Below are positions 1 to 14,397 of a DNA stretch of 64,000 nucleotides, piece after piece; position 1 is the stretch's first letter, and each line of letters opens with the position of its first letter. This DNA comes from Balanoglossus misakiensis. Its lineage: Eukaryota; Animalia; Hemichordata. The DNA lies in assembly GCA_040954595.2 (NCBI GenBank), contig CM082582.2, forward strand, positions 1,782,303 through 1,846,302, read 5' to 3'. The notes below the pieces were generated by a model. The model saw only the letters and a list, made by a program, of their open reading frames with translations. It had not been told where the DNA came from and made no database searches. The translations under genes were made by a program, and so were the position numbers.

Positions 1-2465
1 GAAAAGCGAAAATACACCAACCACGTTTAAACCGTAAAATTAAAAAAAATGCAAACACTGGCTCTACGTGCGCTTAGGCAAGAGGCCTAGCAATAAAATT
101 CTCACAGAGTATAGCCCTATGAATATGACTAGACTTTCTCGATTATGACCTCAGGGTCAGCAGCGAAGCCATACACAGAATGGCCGAGAGGCATGGCTAG
201 CTGCACGCCCGTAGCTCGGATTTTTTTCTGGAATAAGACCTACTTCTGTTCAACTACAAGGTGTTGAACGGATAGCTGCAAATCACCTAATACCAGACAA
301 AACAATCGAGCGACGGTAACGTAGCTATATAGGCTATGGTACTAAAAGCAATGACTGGATTATGAGCCTACCGAAAAGACGTCTTGATCCCGCGGCAGTA
401 AGAAGGAAAGTGATTGAAACCCGACGTCGCACACCGGAAACGGGTCAATGATCACCTGTTGTTATGGAGAGTGGGACTTGTTACCCAATCACAGACCAAA
501 GTTAGCATTACGACACACTAATGAATATGCATACATGCTATAGCTGCATGTTTTATTATTTTAGAACGCACTGGAACATGCTCGCATTCGAAGGAATATT
601 CCATTTGTATATGCAAATAGCAAACCTATGTTCTCGAGTGTGAGTGCACCATTGTCTCAGGGGGGTGGCTCACGTCCCAAAGAACAGGGGGTAATTTTCT
701 ACCACAGCCGCGCATTTCAAACCGAGCAAGCAAACTGCTAACTACCGTTGTCTGGGCAACATTTTGATGTGCGTTAAGTTTTGCACTTATTGGACTTTGA
801 GGAAACAGACCTATAATACTTCCTAATGTGGTTCTCTTTCTGGGTCATTTTGTCAGTCCAACCACGATCCACGAGATCGTAAACTGCTTGGATTAGGGCG
901 CGTTAGGAAGCTGCAGCTGCGGCCGCAGGTCAAGTCGGTGTGTTTTGTATTTAACAAACATGGTAAATGTGTTCGGCACAGCAACATGCTCGCTCTACCC
1001 ACAGCCACTGTGCTGTACCGTACTGTCGATCGTTTCCATGTCAGTTTCACGCTCGCTCTTTATAATGCCCTTATCACGCCTCCCGTATTGTGTTCATGAT
1101 ATGACAGTCCCACTAATCTGACAACACTCGCTTTTATTATGTCAATTTGTCCCGTTCGCTAGCACTGCGTACAGGCCTGCATTCACCATTAACAGACTAT
1201 CCCGTTCGCCAACTTTACTGAACTGCAAAGTGAAGAATCGGTTTGCGTCTTGGCCGAATCGACCGGGGTCATGGAAATTAAAGGCCCAACCGAGAAGATT
1301 AAGTGCCGTTCCCGAAGTAACGACCAACCAATGTTTACAGAGAAATCAGATGATGTCACATAACGGAGTTCTTATCCTGTCGGGATGCGTTTACCTCGGA
1401 ATCGGCGAAGTTTTTTTGTCGTCGAGTTTGATTTCATGGACGATGCAGTCTAGATATTTGATGATCCATAATTGATATATTTTTTTATTTTTTTTTTTTG
1501 GGGGGGGGGGAGGTCCTGGTGTCGATAAATCGAGGCAGAAGAAATGTGCCGACAGCGCAAATTGCCGTTTTTTCGCTCTGTTTCGTCGATTTTCACAACT
1601 TCAAACTAATTAAACTTTGCTCCGCGTTGGCCGAGAGGTCTTAAATTTTACCCATCCAACAAACAACAAAACAAAAGTTTGTAGTCAATAAAGTGTTCCT
1701 AGAGCGAATAAACATTGATTCAATTCAATCCAAGTCATCATGAATTTGATCAAATTTTCTAAACATAGACAGATCAAGAGTCCAACACTGTCCATGCACC
1801 AAATTGAACAGCTGGTCGCGGAGATAAAATGTTTTGTTGTATATTTAGGGGTCCGTATTTTGACTCGTTGCTTTGCAACTCGTCAAAATACGGACATCAC
1901 GAGAATGCGTCGCGTTATCGACCAAAATTCGTGTAATAACCCCTTTATCACACATGCCTACCTATAAAACAGTACGATTTGCGAAAATGCGCCGAGAAAA
2001 ACAATTTCAAATTTGAACGGGCGCCCTGGGATCACGGCAGTAGCCATGTTGTGACGTATGACGTGTGGGCCGTAGTATCATTTTAAGGGGGTTGGCAGCT
2101 TTCACTACGATGGGCACATCCGCATTCAAAATAAAATTGTCTACGTTCTCTTTCAAACTATCATGTTAACAATTATTTTGCATTGAGAATTTCGAAGAAG
2201 TAAAAATGATACATTCAACATGGCAAAACAGCCAACTTTGAAAACATTATTATAGCTTCTAATAACCGAATTTTACAACACTGCTCTCCACTAGCGTCCT
2301 ATGCCCCGTACGTCGCTCGCACGCGCAGCGAACTGTCGTGCCGAGCGTTCTCAAAAATAGTTCGAGACGCGGAGTGAAGATATATTGCACTCAGTGTAAT
2401 ACCGTAAAATATCTTCGGGACGAGAACAATAGAAAGTGCCAAATACGGGCGTTGCATGTATGATA

Positions 2466-3330
2466 AAACAAAATATCCTACAAAATATAAAAGTTTTGAA
2501 TTACCTATAATTTGATTCCATTATAATTCTAAATAAGCCAATCCTATTAACTTAAATTTTAAAGTAATCAGCCTTACACTTTCTGGGAAATATAATTTTT
2601 CAAAATTGGAAAATATGCCCCCAAAATACAAGATATTGCCCACACAAAAGATTGACACTTTCATCATTGGTTTTGTAAATTATCATGACAACTCAGGAAG
2701 GAACCTTTAAATCAAATTTGAAAGCAATGGAGTAGAGGGTTCTGAGAATGAATTTTGAACAAAAATGGTTAAAATCACCACAAAAATATACTATTGAATT
2801 CTTCAAGTTGATTTGAACATGCATGCAAATTTCCAAAGCGATCTTACGAGCGGTTTTACAGGAAAAAAATGATCAAAAATGTAAAAATTGCTCCAAAATT
2901 ATAATTATGCAAATTTTGCAGCAATTTAAACAAAACTTTAGTATCTCAGATCACCTATATGAAGCTCCATACTAAATTTCAAAGCGGTGGGCTGATTAAT
3001 TCCAGAAAGTAGGTTTTATTACCAAATATGTGGAAAAAGACAAAATATGCATAAAAAATGGAAAATTCACAGTATTAGCTCAAAACATACAGAATCATTA
3101 TGACCAGTGGTTGTTGATTTTCTGAGTTTTGACCAAATTTAGGTTTTTCCCTGATAATTTACATATTTTGGGCAATGACAACTTTGTTTGAACAAACTCC
3201 CATCTACAGCCCGGTATGCATCTACACAACAAATATCGAGGTTGTACGCGCAGCGGTTTTCAAGTTTTTGATGTGGACGGACATACACCCATACATCCAT
3301 ACAGATGCAACCAATCTCATAAGGTCCCAA
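2466..3330 (+). mobile_element. Truncated copy of a Helentron-like non-autonomous element (family A)
   Basis: Colinear with 26040-26301 plus 27763-28406. Ends in the (CATA)n-ACAGATGCAACC-AGGTCCCA part, before the second hairpin arm. Holds the empty site AAAAATATA|CTATTGAATTC (~2782-2801) that is filled in the 26-28 kb copy. Confidence 0.6.
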
Positions 3331-3457
3331 TCAAACAGAACATACTGTTCATCACAATTGTCTTCTGATTGGAATCTACGCTGGAAAAAGCAACAACAAA
3401 TACTGATCCTCACCTGAAATCAAAGAGACAGACAAAAGCACTTATTTTGTCAGAATA

Positions 3458-3463
3458 TTTATT
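3458..3463 (-). promoter_or_regulatory. Candidate polyadenylation signal of the MED25-like 3' UTR
   Basis: AATAAA on the minus strand followed by a T/GT-rich tract (TGCTTTTGTCTGTCTCTTTG), ~3 kb past the putative stop at 6455. Motif only. Confidence 0.3.
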
Positions 3464-5368
3464 TTATGTATGCAAAAATCCTAACATGACATTTCTGTCT
3501 ACTTGTTTAGCATGATGGGAAAATTGTTAGAATAATAATATTAAAGATATTTCTTCCTAATACTGCATATAATATCTAAATACTGTAGCAGTCTTGAAAG
3601 TACAATTAAATGTTTGTCAAAAGCTCTTCTTAAGGACTGCGTAACATACAGAACTCTCAGTACAAAAAAGCAATATGTGGAAAATACCAACTTAGCATCT
3701 TATGCAATATGAAAGCTATGGAGGAATGGCGTCCCCTTCAGCACTATACATGATTCTTCAGCCTCATGGGGTCATTATTCACACACACATAAAATGAATG
3801 GCTGATTACATGAAATATTTTCGAAAGTTGTCACAGAAGGCTCTTGTTTTTGTTAACATAAAATGATAGGAAATTCAAGAAACGTAGAAAGCAATGACAT
3901 GTGAATATTGATATTAAAAATGTGATTTTAATAATATGGCAACTATGGTCACTTCCATATAACAGACTATATTTCTTAACATGCATGTAATAGTTTGATT
4001 CTAACATGCTTGTCACGCTGTTCACCAAACACAAAACACACCAAAGTGGTTTATATGTTTCACAAGACATATGCCTATAACAGGGACATCATCAGTTCAT
4101 ACGTATGGCCAGTCTGGCTACAGAGGTGAACTGACAAAGTATATGCATGGGATTCTTTTATATCCTGTTGGTCACGTGACCAGTTTATATATTTTCTGCT
4201 ATTTCCCTAGAGGGATTCATAGTCGATTCTATTTTCTTATCACGTGACGGATTCTGGTGAATCATGACACAGTGTTAGCATGATGTATGTTATAAATACA
4301 CATATTACATACATACCGGTATTCAAATGAACTAATGGTTCTGTACAAATCCATTGTTTCTGTTGGAAAAGTTGGATGTCTACACAGGGAACTGGGGGTG
4401 AAAGGTGAGAGTGCTAAGAAAAAAGGCTGATGGTGATTTTCCATTATAATCTAACCTGTATACATGTGTGTGCTTAATCTTTCCCAATAATGCTGACACA
4501 CAACAAGTTAATTGTTTTACAAAACTCTCCTTGAGAGTCAAATGACGGCACCTGATATAAGCCCAAAGACTTCATTCTTTTCCACACACCACTTTTCTCT
4601 TTTCATAGAGCTCCATTTCAAATTGTGTACACAAACAATGTCATTGTCACTGCCCAAGCCCAAACTTTCAAATTACAATGTGACATTTCAAAACACTGTT
4701 AGACTTTCCAATGAAACATTAACTCTGGATCGGTATCCATTCAAATAAGTGACAGCCCCGGGGTTACATTGTTGTTAATTTTGTTATAATGGTGATATTT
4801 AATTGTTTGGCTTTAACAAAAATTATGACATGGACGTATAAACGTGTTATGTCCACACATATGTCGTGAGTTCAGCTTCAATCTAATTTCATAATAAATT
4901 ATTCAACAACAAAAATAGAAAATGAACATCAAGAGCTAGTGACTTTGTGGCTTTCACAAGATAAATATACATTGCCCCATGCTAGAGTGTGATATTAACA
5001 CGTCTTATACAATCTACAAATCTCTGTATATAAACAAACACATTCATTATAGCTGCATTAGTTGGGTCACAGATAATCTGGAACCAGATAGGCTGACCTG
5101 AGCAATCCATGTTTTTGCAAGTGTTGTATTGTCACTGTTATAGTGTGACTTCTTTGGTGTAATGCTCCAATGAACACATGAGTTTCAATTGGATAGATAA
5201 ATGACCAATAACACAAAGTCTGTGATTGGGTAATACAAATGATTGGTATACAACTGGAAGTTCTGACACTCAAAGAGCTGTCTACTGCTCTCTTCCCTGA
5301 GGGAGCGATAGAGAGTAACTTTAGAGATACATTCTCCAATGATCAGGAGTTAATAAGGTATTAGTCTA

Positions 5369-5741
5369 GTATAGCTGTATTTTATCTGCTTTGCTTTCAA
5401 AAAACTATGCATGCCACTGGCCCAATAAAGCATAATATCCCTTGCAGGGAATCGTGATGTAATTAGCATCCCTTTGAAGTCAATCACGGACTTTGTTTTT
5501 CCAATGATTGGTCAAAGGATACATATGTGTGATTAAGGATTGGTACCATTTTAAATTTAAATTAGCCTTGCCTTTACTATAACCTTACACACAATCGCCA
5601 TTGTTCAGTTAATGTTAGTGACTTTAAGGGGGATGCTAGTTACATCACAATTCCCAGCAAGAGCTATCAGGCTTTATTGGGCCAGTGGCATGCATGACTC
5701 TTGATGTTAGTTTTGGAAGTGGAAAAAATATGGCTCTATAC
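5369..5741. mobile_element. Palindromic MITE
   Basis: Imperfect inverted arms ATGCATGCCACTGGCCCAATAAAGC...GTGATGTAATTAGCATCCC (~5407-5480) and GGGATGCTAGTTACATCAC...GCTTTATTGGGCCAGTGGCATGCAT (~5620-5695). Confidence 0.6.
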
Positions 5742-6454
5742 TGTAAAACATGAAATTTTCGCAACGGGAAATTTTCATAATATCAAATGTGGCAACTGTT
5801 ATGCAACGATTAATTATCGCATTCTCGAATTTCAATTCATCATTATTTCTGAAAAACATGTTTACGCGACTTTTTAGTTTTCGTGTTTTTTTAGCACTTG
5901 CATGATTCGGGCGAATTTATCTCTCATGAAAATTTCCCATTTTACATACATCCTAAGTATCTTTTTTTCACACCAGAAGACAATGCACAGTTGCTTTGTG
6001 TATGGCAGACTTTGTATTACAATAGACACTGACAACTAGTTACATCCGCCCGGCATACAAATATGGTTATATTGAAATAGGGCATTGTGATGGAAACAAT
6101 GTAAAGCTAATGCAAGAATTAGTACAGACCGAGTATATTCTGTTACTACACTGGAATAACAATTTCGTGTTATTTGATCTGTTTCGAAATTATTTTTTTT
6201 TAAATCAAGGAACACTGAAGAATGAGTGGAGGTGATAGCTTTGGAATGGATATGTCTGTATACAGTAAATGAGAGTGATAAATATTCCAAATCCCCAACA
6301 CTCGACTGTCTGGAATATTTGAACATTCCCACATACCTTGAGAAATTTTTGACATTTCTTTGGGCATCTGTGTTTCATTTAGTATATAGAAGTTACAATG
6401 GTAATAAAGGCATGAACAGTCTCCTGTTCATTATAGTCAGTTTCCTGTATAAAT

Positions 6455-6721
6455 TTATTGATTCAGAATATCAAAAAATCTCCGGTCATCAGCCAGCAGA
6501 GTACTACTTGATTGTTGCTGTGTTTGTTGCAAGCTGGGTGCCAAGCCCATCTGAGGTACCTTTGGTCGCGGCCTTGGCTGTTGTCCTAGTTACAGCTGTT
6601 GTTGTTGTTGTTGTTGTTGTGATAACTGCTGCTGTTGTTGTTGTTGTTGTTGCCATGTTTGTTTTGTTGCTGCTGTTGGTGGTGGAATGGTTGCTTGTGT
6701 TCTGCTGGCTTGTTGTTGCTG
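6455..6721 (-). pseudogene. MED25: Probable terminal Q-rich exon of the MED25-like pseudogene
   Basis: Acceptor TTCAACTGCAG, then 89 codons: QQQQASRTQ...QQQL*LGQQPRPRPKVPQMGLAPSLQQTQQQSSSTLLADDRRFFDILNQ*, with one internal TAA in a CAA-rich tract. The end resembles, from memory, the MED25 C-terminal LLEDDILMDLI motif. The assignment leans on the ACID exons upstream on the same strand. Confidence 0.55.
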
Positions 6722-8174
6722 CTGCAGTTGAATACAAACAAAACAGTTTTCTTTTAAAGTCACTTCACAGAAAATGGCAATGTATCAGGCGACATCTCTT
6801 TTTAATTTTCTTCACATTTGTCAATCAGACTGAAATTTAGGGCGGCATATAGTAACTGTACAATGGGAAATTGATTTAAGCTGTGTCTAAAATTTGATGG
6901 TTAGTTTCAGGACCCCCGTTGACCTAATTAATTATGTACACTCCTAATTCTAGGCTAACCAATAGATCTAGAAGTTTCGATTTTGTAGGACATAGATCAG
7001 TTTAGGATCAAAACTTTTTGACAAAATTGTGGGTATCCACAGCAGATAATCCTTGGCATTCTGTAGGAACCCTGGGAATTGCTTGGGCCTAGTGAACACT
7101 GCTTGCAGCTTTAATTCACTATGTAATCAGATGCTGACATTTTGAAAAGAATATGATTTGAATTCTAAGCAGAGTTTTGTTAAAGGGTATTGATCGTCTA
7201 ACGCACACTTGCCAAAGCAGAGACTCTAGTTATAATTTTTTTATCTATGCCACAAGTGCTGTCTTAACAACAGACAAGGTGGCGGCAACCATAGTCTGTG
7301 TCATAGATTAGGAAAAGACAGCAAATTGAGTGAAAAGAAGAGTCAAAACTAAATTCTTCTTATATGGCGTGCAAGAAATATAGAAGGAAGCGAAGGCAGT
7401 CCACTATATGAATGCACGCACATAAAATTTGCAGATATTTGGATTGGACGTTATTTTGTACACACAAAATTAACGCATATGTACATAAGAGTAAGATGAT
7501 TGTCGTCATTTAAAACTGTCTGCCACAGTTTATCATCAGTGCTTCCACACTGGTACCATGGAAAAACTAGAGGAATTGAAAATAAGAATGAGACAAGATT
7601 TGTTGTATTTCGTTGTCTGTAATTTAGGTCTGCTTTCATTCCAGCTTTTCCCCACACTAAAACTGAACAGGTTGGACTGATCATGAGTTTGGACTGATTG
7701 CATAAAAAAGTATTTCAAAAAGGGAGGAGGCTCCACACACCAGACTATTTTTGTTTATGTACATGACTTACACATGTGGGGGTTGTCAACTTGATGAAAT
7801 AGACATTCTCTAGATTTCCAATTGTTATAGTAGTGTACGTAAACAAGAAAAGTAAACTCATGAATATTAATAGATGTGGTGTGTATGGCCGATTTGAGGC
7901 AAATCGGCCATACCCACCACGTCTAAATCTGTGTGGGGAAAAGTTGTCATGTTGGGCAAATAGTGCATTGAATTTATTCTGTGTGACTTTCAGGTCTTCA
8001 ATACATTAAAATAATTTTGGGAATGGCACAGACCAATGTTATTTGTACCATCAAGAAAGCTCCTTTTTGAGAAAACTGATTTTATTTTTCCCCACATAAC
8101 AATTCCCAGAAGTGCCACTGGTACCAGTCTTGGTTTTCAAAATATTCACTGTACACATTATTATGACAACTTAC

Positions 8175-8418
8175 TTGTAAGAGGTGACTTAGTTGTTGAT
8201 TTGTTAATTGTATATTGGATGGCTGTGCTTGCACTGCTTGTTGTTGTTGTTGTTGGGCTCTCTGTTGTTGTAACCTTTGTAATTGCTGTTGTTGTTGATG
8301 TTGTTGTCTTAGTGCTATGAGTGGACTTTGTCTGGCATGTTGATCTTGCTGTTGTTTCAATTCAAGTTCTTTTTTTCTGTGCCATCTCTAGATTCTTCTG
8401 CAGTGCTTGAATATTCCT
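8175..8418 (-). pseudogene. MED25: Q-rich internal exon, probably MED25, with a +1 frameshift
   Basis: Flanks CTTTCAG| and |GTAAGT; 244 bp (81 codons + 1). Removing one A from an A7 run gives RNIQALQKNLEMAQKKELELKQQQ...QLSHLLQ, phase 0-0, matching the phase of the next exon. Confidence 0.6.
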
Positions 8419-9520
8419 CTGAAAGATCAAGCAAAGAAAAGTGTAAACAGTCAAACATTGTCATGTGTGTCAATCTACCTACAGGTAACTGACTACAGGA
8501 GCTTCAGCCAATCCAAGCTTTTCACTTGAAATCAATTTAAAACTCAGTAACTCCAACTTCGGGTTATTTTCTCAATACTTTTGTTTTGGTGGTCACCTTT
8601 CATTGAACAATGAATGGGCAAGTGCTCGCTCACTTCTTCAGTGAATTTCACCGTTTGTTTATCTTATCATAAACACTTAGGCACCGCAGTCCTTTGGACA
8701 AAATTATTCATGTGTGGTGATTTAAAATCAATGCTGCAAGAAGCAGAATTAATCACAGGATTAACGGCTTCTGATTGAAAAATACTAAATGCTTAATATG
8801 CCATATGCCGCATACAGAGTGATCACATTAGTCAATTGGACCGCTGTTCAAAATGGCTAAAATGATGGCAACGTTTTAATATTATATTTATTTTACAAAA
8901 CCTTGCATCTGAGCTTTACTTTAAAGTACTTCCATTTACTAGTAGTACAAGTACACATCAGTTAACATTGACAGCTAGGCATGACATCATAGATGTAGTA
9001 CTTCAAAATGGACATTCTGAACAGTGGGGGCGCTCTATCATGGTGGGATTTAATGAACATGTGTATTTAATTTCATCACTCAGATTTGTCCATGGAAACT
9101 GTGTATTTTAACATACGCTTATAGTTAATGCATTTGCTGTATCTAGTCATATTACAGTAATACACCAGACATATTCTTAACTCAACTCAATGTGTGTAAG
9201 TTCAATTTCTGACCACACTCAGATTACCCAAGTACATGTGACCAACTCTACTGCAAGTATAAAGACTTGAACTCCGGAAAACTAGTCACCTACAATACTT
9301 GAAATGGAGCCACATCCAAAACTTGACTTTGAGATCTTTTATGAAATCAGTTTTCCTTTTAGAATTAGAACTCCCATGCAATTTTTGTGACAGAAGAAAT
9401 AAAGAGATTCCCAGAAAAAAAACAGTTTCCTCTTTAAAGATCCAGCCTTACCATAGAAAATAAAGGGTTTAGACTGAACCATGGTGGTGAAAGGGTTAAG
9501 CCAGAGCATGTATCAAAATA

Positions 9521-9690
9521 CAGTAAAACCTGTCTCAACCGAACCCTGTCTAATCTGGAAACATGTCTATTTCAAAGACATTGTTCAAACCTTTTGACAT
9601 AGAACCACATGTTGAAAGAACCTCTTTAAATTGGACACCTGCAATCTGAACAATTTCTTCAGTCCCTTTGGTGTTAGACGGGTTTGACTG
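9521..9690. mobile_element. Tc1/pogo-type MITE
   Basis: TA|CAGTAAAACCTGTCT...AGACGGGTTTGACTG|TA: terminal inverted repeats with a TA duplication. Confidence 0.75.
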
Positions 9691-10477
9691 TACTTGAAAG
9701 TGCAATTGAACAAAAATGCTAAAACTATAATTGCAGACAGTCAGAATTTTTAGGCTCAGGGCATCATTTACATAGTTCCCAGTAGTCCATTTCTCTATGT
9801 ACAAAATTTTAATAAAACATTGCTATGCAGTCATGTTACCCTTCCACGACACGAACACGAGGCAAGTTGGTCACAAAGTAAAAACTTGATTGTCTTTTGT
9901 ATCAACACTATAGTTGAAACTTATGTACTTGGACAGCCACATTTTATTGTAAGGTCAGTTTTACACACAACTTGTACATGTATCATGTATACAACAAACT
10001 AGATGAGCTCGAGCAGTACTCTACTGACCGCCTTTTTCACATTGTCTGCATTGAGATGACACTTTATTTTTGAAGGCTGCCCTCTTTATGAAAAATGTCC
10101 TGATTGTGTTACACGTAAAACATACAGAAATCAACACAAGTGTCTATTGTGGCTAGTGAAGGGACTTTTCTAAACTGGCCTTTATAGATAGGTGGCCATT
10201 ATACCTTGTAGAAATTATACCTTGTAGAAAAGTCAATTAATGTAGATGTAAATTGCATAGGGACTATAATAAAGTGGCCACTATATAGAGGTGGCTGCCT
10301 AATAGAGGTGGCCACTCACACAGGTTTGACTGTTTTTTTATTTGTGTCATGAATAGCAGACATTTACCAATGACTGATTGTACAATATATGATTTCAGTG
10401 TCAAATATACATGTATAAGACACTTACATTGTACAAACCCATACATCTTACTTTCTCTCCAAATTGTAGATACTCAC

Positions 10478-10525
10478 CAACACATGTATGTTGATTTCTG
10501 TGCAACTTAAATCCTGGTCTGCAAC
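10478..10525 (-). pseudogene. 3' half of an EGF-domain exon
   Basis: SCRPGFKLHRNQHTCV followed by a phase-1 donor G|GTGAGTA. The 5' half is replaced by unrelated repeat-like sequence. Confidence 0.7.
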
Positions 10526-11299
10526 TCTGTTGTGCAATAAAAAACCATGTTAGCTGGATAAATTACGAAAGTGATTCCCATTTTTCACTGCAGACGTAAA
10601 TTTTATGAAAATCTGTCCTTAATAGTAGTAGAAGTTTTTAACGTGTTTTCGGTGGTATGTTGGTGACCCCTAAAGAGACGTCCACAAACGTTTCAAAAAT
10701 CATTGAAAACGACCTCGGAAGTTAACCAAACTTTCCTGACAGAGAGGTCTCATATCGGTCCGAACATCCGTGAAAAGAAATTAATTCGAAAGGCTTGTGT
10801 AACAGTCCGCTTAAAAATAATCAATGTCGTTCGACGATATGACCCGGAAGTATACGTTGACCTCTCCGGCTCCATGTTAGACTTGTAAATACAGAAGTGT
10901 TGCGTTGATCGTGAAACGATACGTTTACCGTGGGTAAACAGCTTTTGAAAGGCAATTCTTAAGTAAAACAGTTACTGGATAATGTATAACACCCTAAGGT
11001 AACGTATTAACCAAGTTTTAACTTAATTACTGGCCTGATTTCGACACAACATCGATCAATCGCCTACAAATGTAGGTCCCATATGGACAGAATGCCAGGT
11101 TTACCATACATGACTATGTACGTGTGAGGAGCTCAGCTGGTGTATTTTTATTTTTTTTCTCAGTATCGTGGCCTGGGATATAAGTAGACATTTCGAAAAT
11201 GCAAAATGCCAACTGTAACTTCAAAACCATTTCCCTTTATTCGCTGATGATATATGCAATAAATATTTGTGTCTGAAGGCAAGCAATTGTTGTTGTCAT

Positions 11300-12090
11300 C
11301 ATTGCATTGGGCTGAACAGGACAGAGTTTGAGCTGATCAGCTGACATCAAGTTTCGATTTGGAACATATAATTTGATCATATCAGACAGATATAATGGTC
11401 CAAGTCTATGAATGAATTCAAAAATAAGAAATAAAATATTGAAAACAATACGATCAGACACAGGTAACCAATGGAACTGAAATTGCATTGATGTAAACAG
11501 TGATTTTGGAACTAGCAGCAATATTTTGAACTTGAATACGGCTGATCTAGTACTTAGGGAGCCCAAACAAAAGTGAATTACACGAATCTATTCGAAATGC
11601 AACAAAAGAAGGACCTTTATTGCTCTGTGGCGCCTTGAGATAAATATTTACAGACAAGTGCAATATGCTGCAAATGAAAAGTGACTAAAAGGCAGATCTG
11701 TGCAATCATTGTCAGACAATGAACTGGTTTCAGAGCATCGCATGAATTTCTGTTATCCCTCTGGCAGATACATTACCCGAAGTAGCAGAAAAAATAACAG
11801 ATTCAGTCTTATCGTTATTTAAACACAAGACATTTTCAGACATCCAGTAGCGACATCAGAAATACAACGTTCAAGATTTGAAAGCATTCTGGGAGCATTC
11901 TTCTTGGTAAAAGACAATGAAGAGCCATCTGCATAAAAGCTATATACAGGCATCCATGACTAGAAACTAATTCACCTAATGGAGAAGTGTACATATTAAA
12001 AAGTATAGGACAAAGAACTGATCCCTGTGTTACCCCAGTGTCAAGCGGATAAAATGGTGATTATTTGGAACACGGTTATAGTAACCATGT
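11300..12090 (-). mobile_element. Degenerate L2/CR1-group LINE fragment
   Basis: RT motif GVTQGSVLCPILFNMYTSPL...FYADG (~11925-12040) and C-terminal HWLPVSDRIVFNILFLIF...PLYLSDMIKLYVPNRNLMS; many disablements. Confidence 0.8.
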
Positions 12091-14278
12091 CTGAAATTAA
12101 CACATACACACTGGATGCGATTGGAAAGGTATGACTGAAACCACAATAGGGCTGTAACCCCCAAGAGACCAAATCAATTTCTTTGATGATTCATTAAATG
12201 TCATCACAGTCACCATCATTGGAATCACAATCACCATTCTTTGAATTATCAGTTTGTTTTTCTTCCGTCCAGTTATATTCATCAGTCAGTTCGTCAAAGT
12301 CAGAATCAGTCTCGTAAATATTTCGCTCTTCTTCTCTTAAAATGTCAAATTCATGTGACTCCTCCTGTAAAATTGCATCAATGCTATTTTCCATATTATG
12401 ATGTTCAGTATCAGTGATTGGTGATGGTGATTCTAATAGTGGTGACTTATCTGTATATTTTGGGCATACCCCATACTTTTTCGATGTGGTACAGAATCCA
12501 GGGTTCCCATTATGTGGATTACTGAAGTCATTGCATTGACACGCAGGGCCACAACCATTATGGGTCTGATAACATTTACAACATCTGCTATTACAAGTTG
12601 GCATATTTTTGCAGCCACACCCTTTTGTTAGCAACTCCAAATTATTTTTCACTTTTTCTAAATTGGCATCACTGTCCCAAATAATATCAAGTTCGCTGTT
12701 GCTTAGTCTGTATCCATAATTATTGAATAAGGGAAACGTAACATGGCACTGATCGACCTGGGACCATAACAGAGACCCAGCATGATCTTTTCCAGTGCAG
12801 TTGTAGGGCTTCAAAGGAAGGGATACATTCTTCCTCATACTGGATACGTGGCCAAATTGTTTCTCGTATATATGTAAGCCATTTGATGTGGTTATCTTTA
12901 AGACTGTTAGTGACACTGGCTACTTGTCGATAAAGTTCAAAAGGATGAGATGCATCAAATGCTTGGAAATGTTTCTTAACATAAACACTACCTATTAAAC
13001 GTATGAAAGCGAAAATTCCATTCCCTACACTGTCTACTGTTGTGTCTATCAGTGTTCCAGGTATAAGGGTGCCACTAGTTACAAATTCAGAGTATTGAAA
13101 AGAATGTCTTGTAGAAAGATATCTTTCCGATGCCTGCAAAGTATGACACATAGTCACAACCTGTGCATATGAACAGTGTTTGAAATATTTTGCCTAAATA
13201 TTGGAGAGGAATATGTTGCAAATCAGGGTCTAAATTTAAATCTGATTTGAATTGATTCATGTCTAAATAAGTGAGATTTGATAAATCATTATCAAGTTGT
13301 ACAAATATCTCCTTTTGAACATGTTGATATAGTACTGGGAGGAGAACATGATAAGTATCGATATCAGGGGAGTAAATAACACCTTAATTGTAAGAGGACT
13401 GAACTGCATGAAGGATGCATCTACTGTCAGCTTCTTCATGACAACTTTTGGCTTCCCACTCAGACACAATTCCATAACTACCGACGAAAAGACTCTTGTC
13501 CCTATTTTCCCCATCAAAGCCACCTGCTGTAATGAGGACATGATCACCTTGCAGAGCCGGTACAATTATTTTTAAAGATGTGGCTGACAAGAAGTTCACT
13601 AGTTTTCTCTAGTTTGGCCTACAATTGATGAATTTTCGCCATTCTCGTGGTAGAGGGGTTGAGTCATGAATATCATCTATTTCAATCAACTCTTCATTTT
13701 TGTTGTCCTACCTGGCACGTTGAATATCTTTAGGACTTGTACCAAGTCTATGCGGGTCATCAAATAAAAGATGAACTTCGAAACAGAATTGAGTGAAGCG
13801 GGGAATAAGCCAACGTCTGACAAAAAAATTGGCATATTGCCCAACATACCGTCTAATATCATAAATTCTGCGCGTCAACCAAATGGTAAAAAATCTTGAA
13901 CCAGTTTGTCATACCGAGCCTTAAAAAACTTGTGACATTAAGAAACTGTGACATTACTTTTTGATCCCTTGTAGGGTAACCCATCAGTCATGCATATGGC
14001 TCTTGGGAATACAATAAACTGATCTAATGTCTTCACTGGTTCTCCTGATTTTTTTGAGTGTGCAATTTGTAGTTTTAAACAGGCAGTAATAGTTCAATGG
14101 TCTTTGTCACCTTTCTTGGATTTTACTTTTTTCACTATTTTGTTGGCAAATGTTTTCAGCCTTCTTTTTCTTAAAGGTGTGTCAGTGCTTGGCCGATGGA
14201 GAATTCTAACATTAATGTATGCCTGTAAATCTTGTTGCCCAATTGTTCTGATTGACAACAAATCTTTTTGGGTGATTT

Positions 14279-14397
14279 TATTAGGTCCCATTGGTATGTA
14301 CCATGGGACCTTTTGGGATCAGTTGCGTCTGTATGTATGTATGGATGTATGGATGGATGTATGGATGTATGTCTGTATGTCCATCCGCATCAAAAAG
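14279..14397 (-). mobile_element. 3' end fragment of Helentron-like family A inside the Academ gene
   Basis: Hairpin AGGTCCCATTGGTA-TG-TACCATGGGACCT plus (TGTA/TGGA)n; reverse complement of ~28320-28434. Confidence 0.65.

Noticed and set aside
1-2400. Short ORFs and CpG-richer sequence as a gene or promoter
   Set aside because: No protein motifs or exon structure; part of it matches the interior of the 22214-22934 element, so it is probably repeat debris.
6504-6737. Thr-rich mucin-like reading as a continuation of the EGF gene
   Set aside because: Splice phase and third-position variation (CAA/CAG) favour the Gln frame.
6226-6840. 204-aa Val/Leu-rich 'membrane protein' ORF, and the similar ORF at 8036-8320
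   Set aside because: Antisense shadows of CAA/CAG polyglutamine exons.
9998-10035. TAGATGAGCTCGAGC as the Academ terminal repeat
   Set aside because: No convincing inverted partner near 19.2-19.4 kb, and unrelated sequence lies between it and the Academ ORF.
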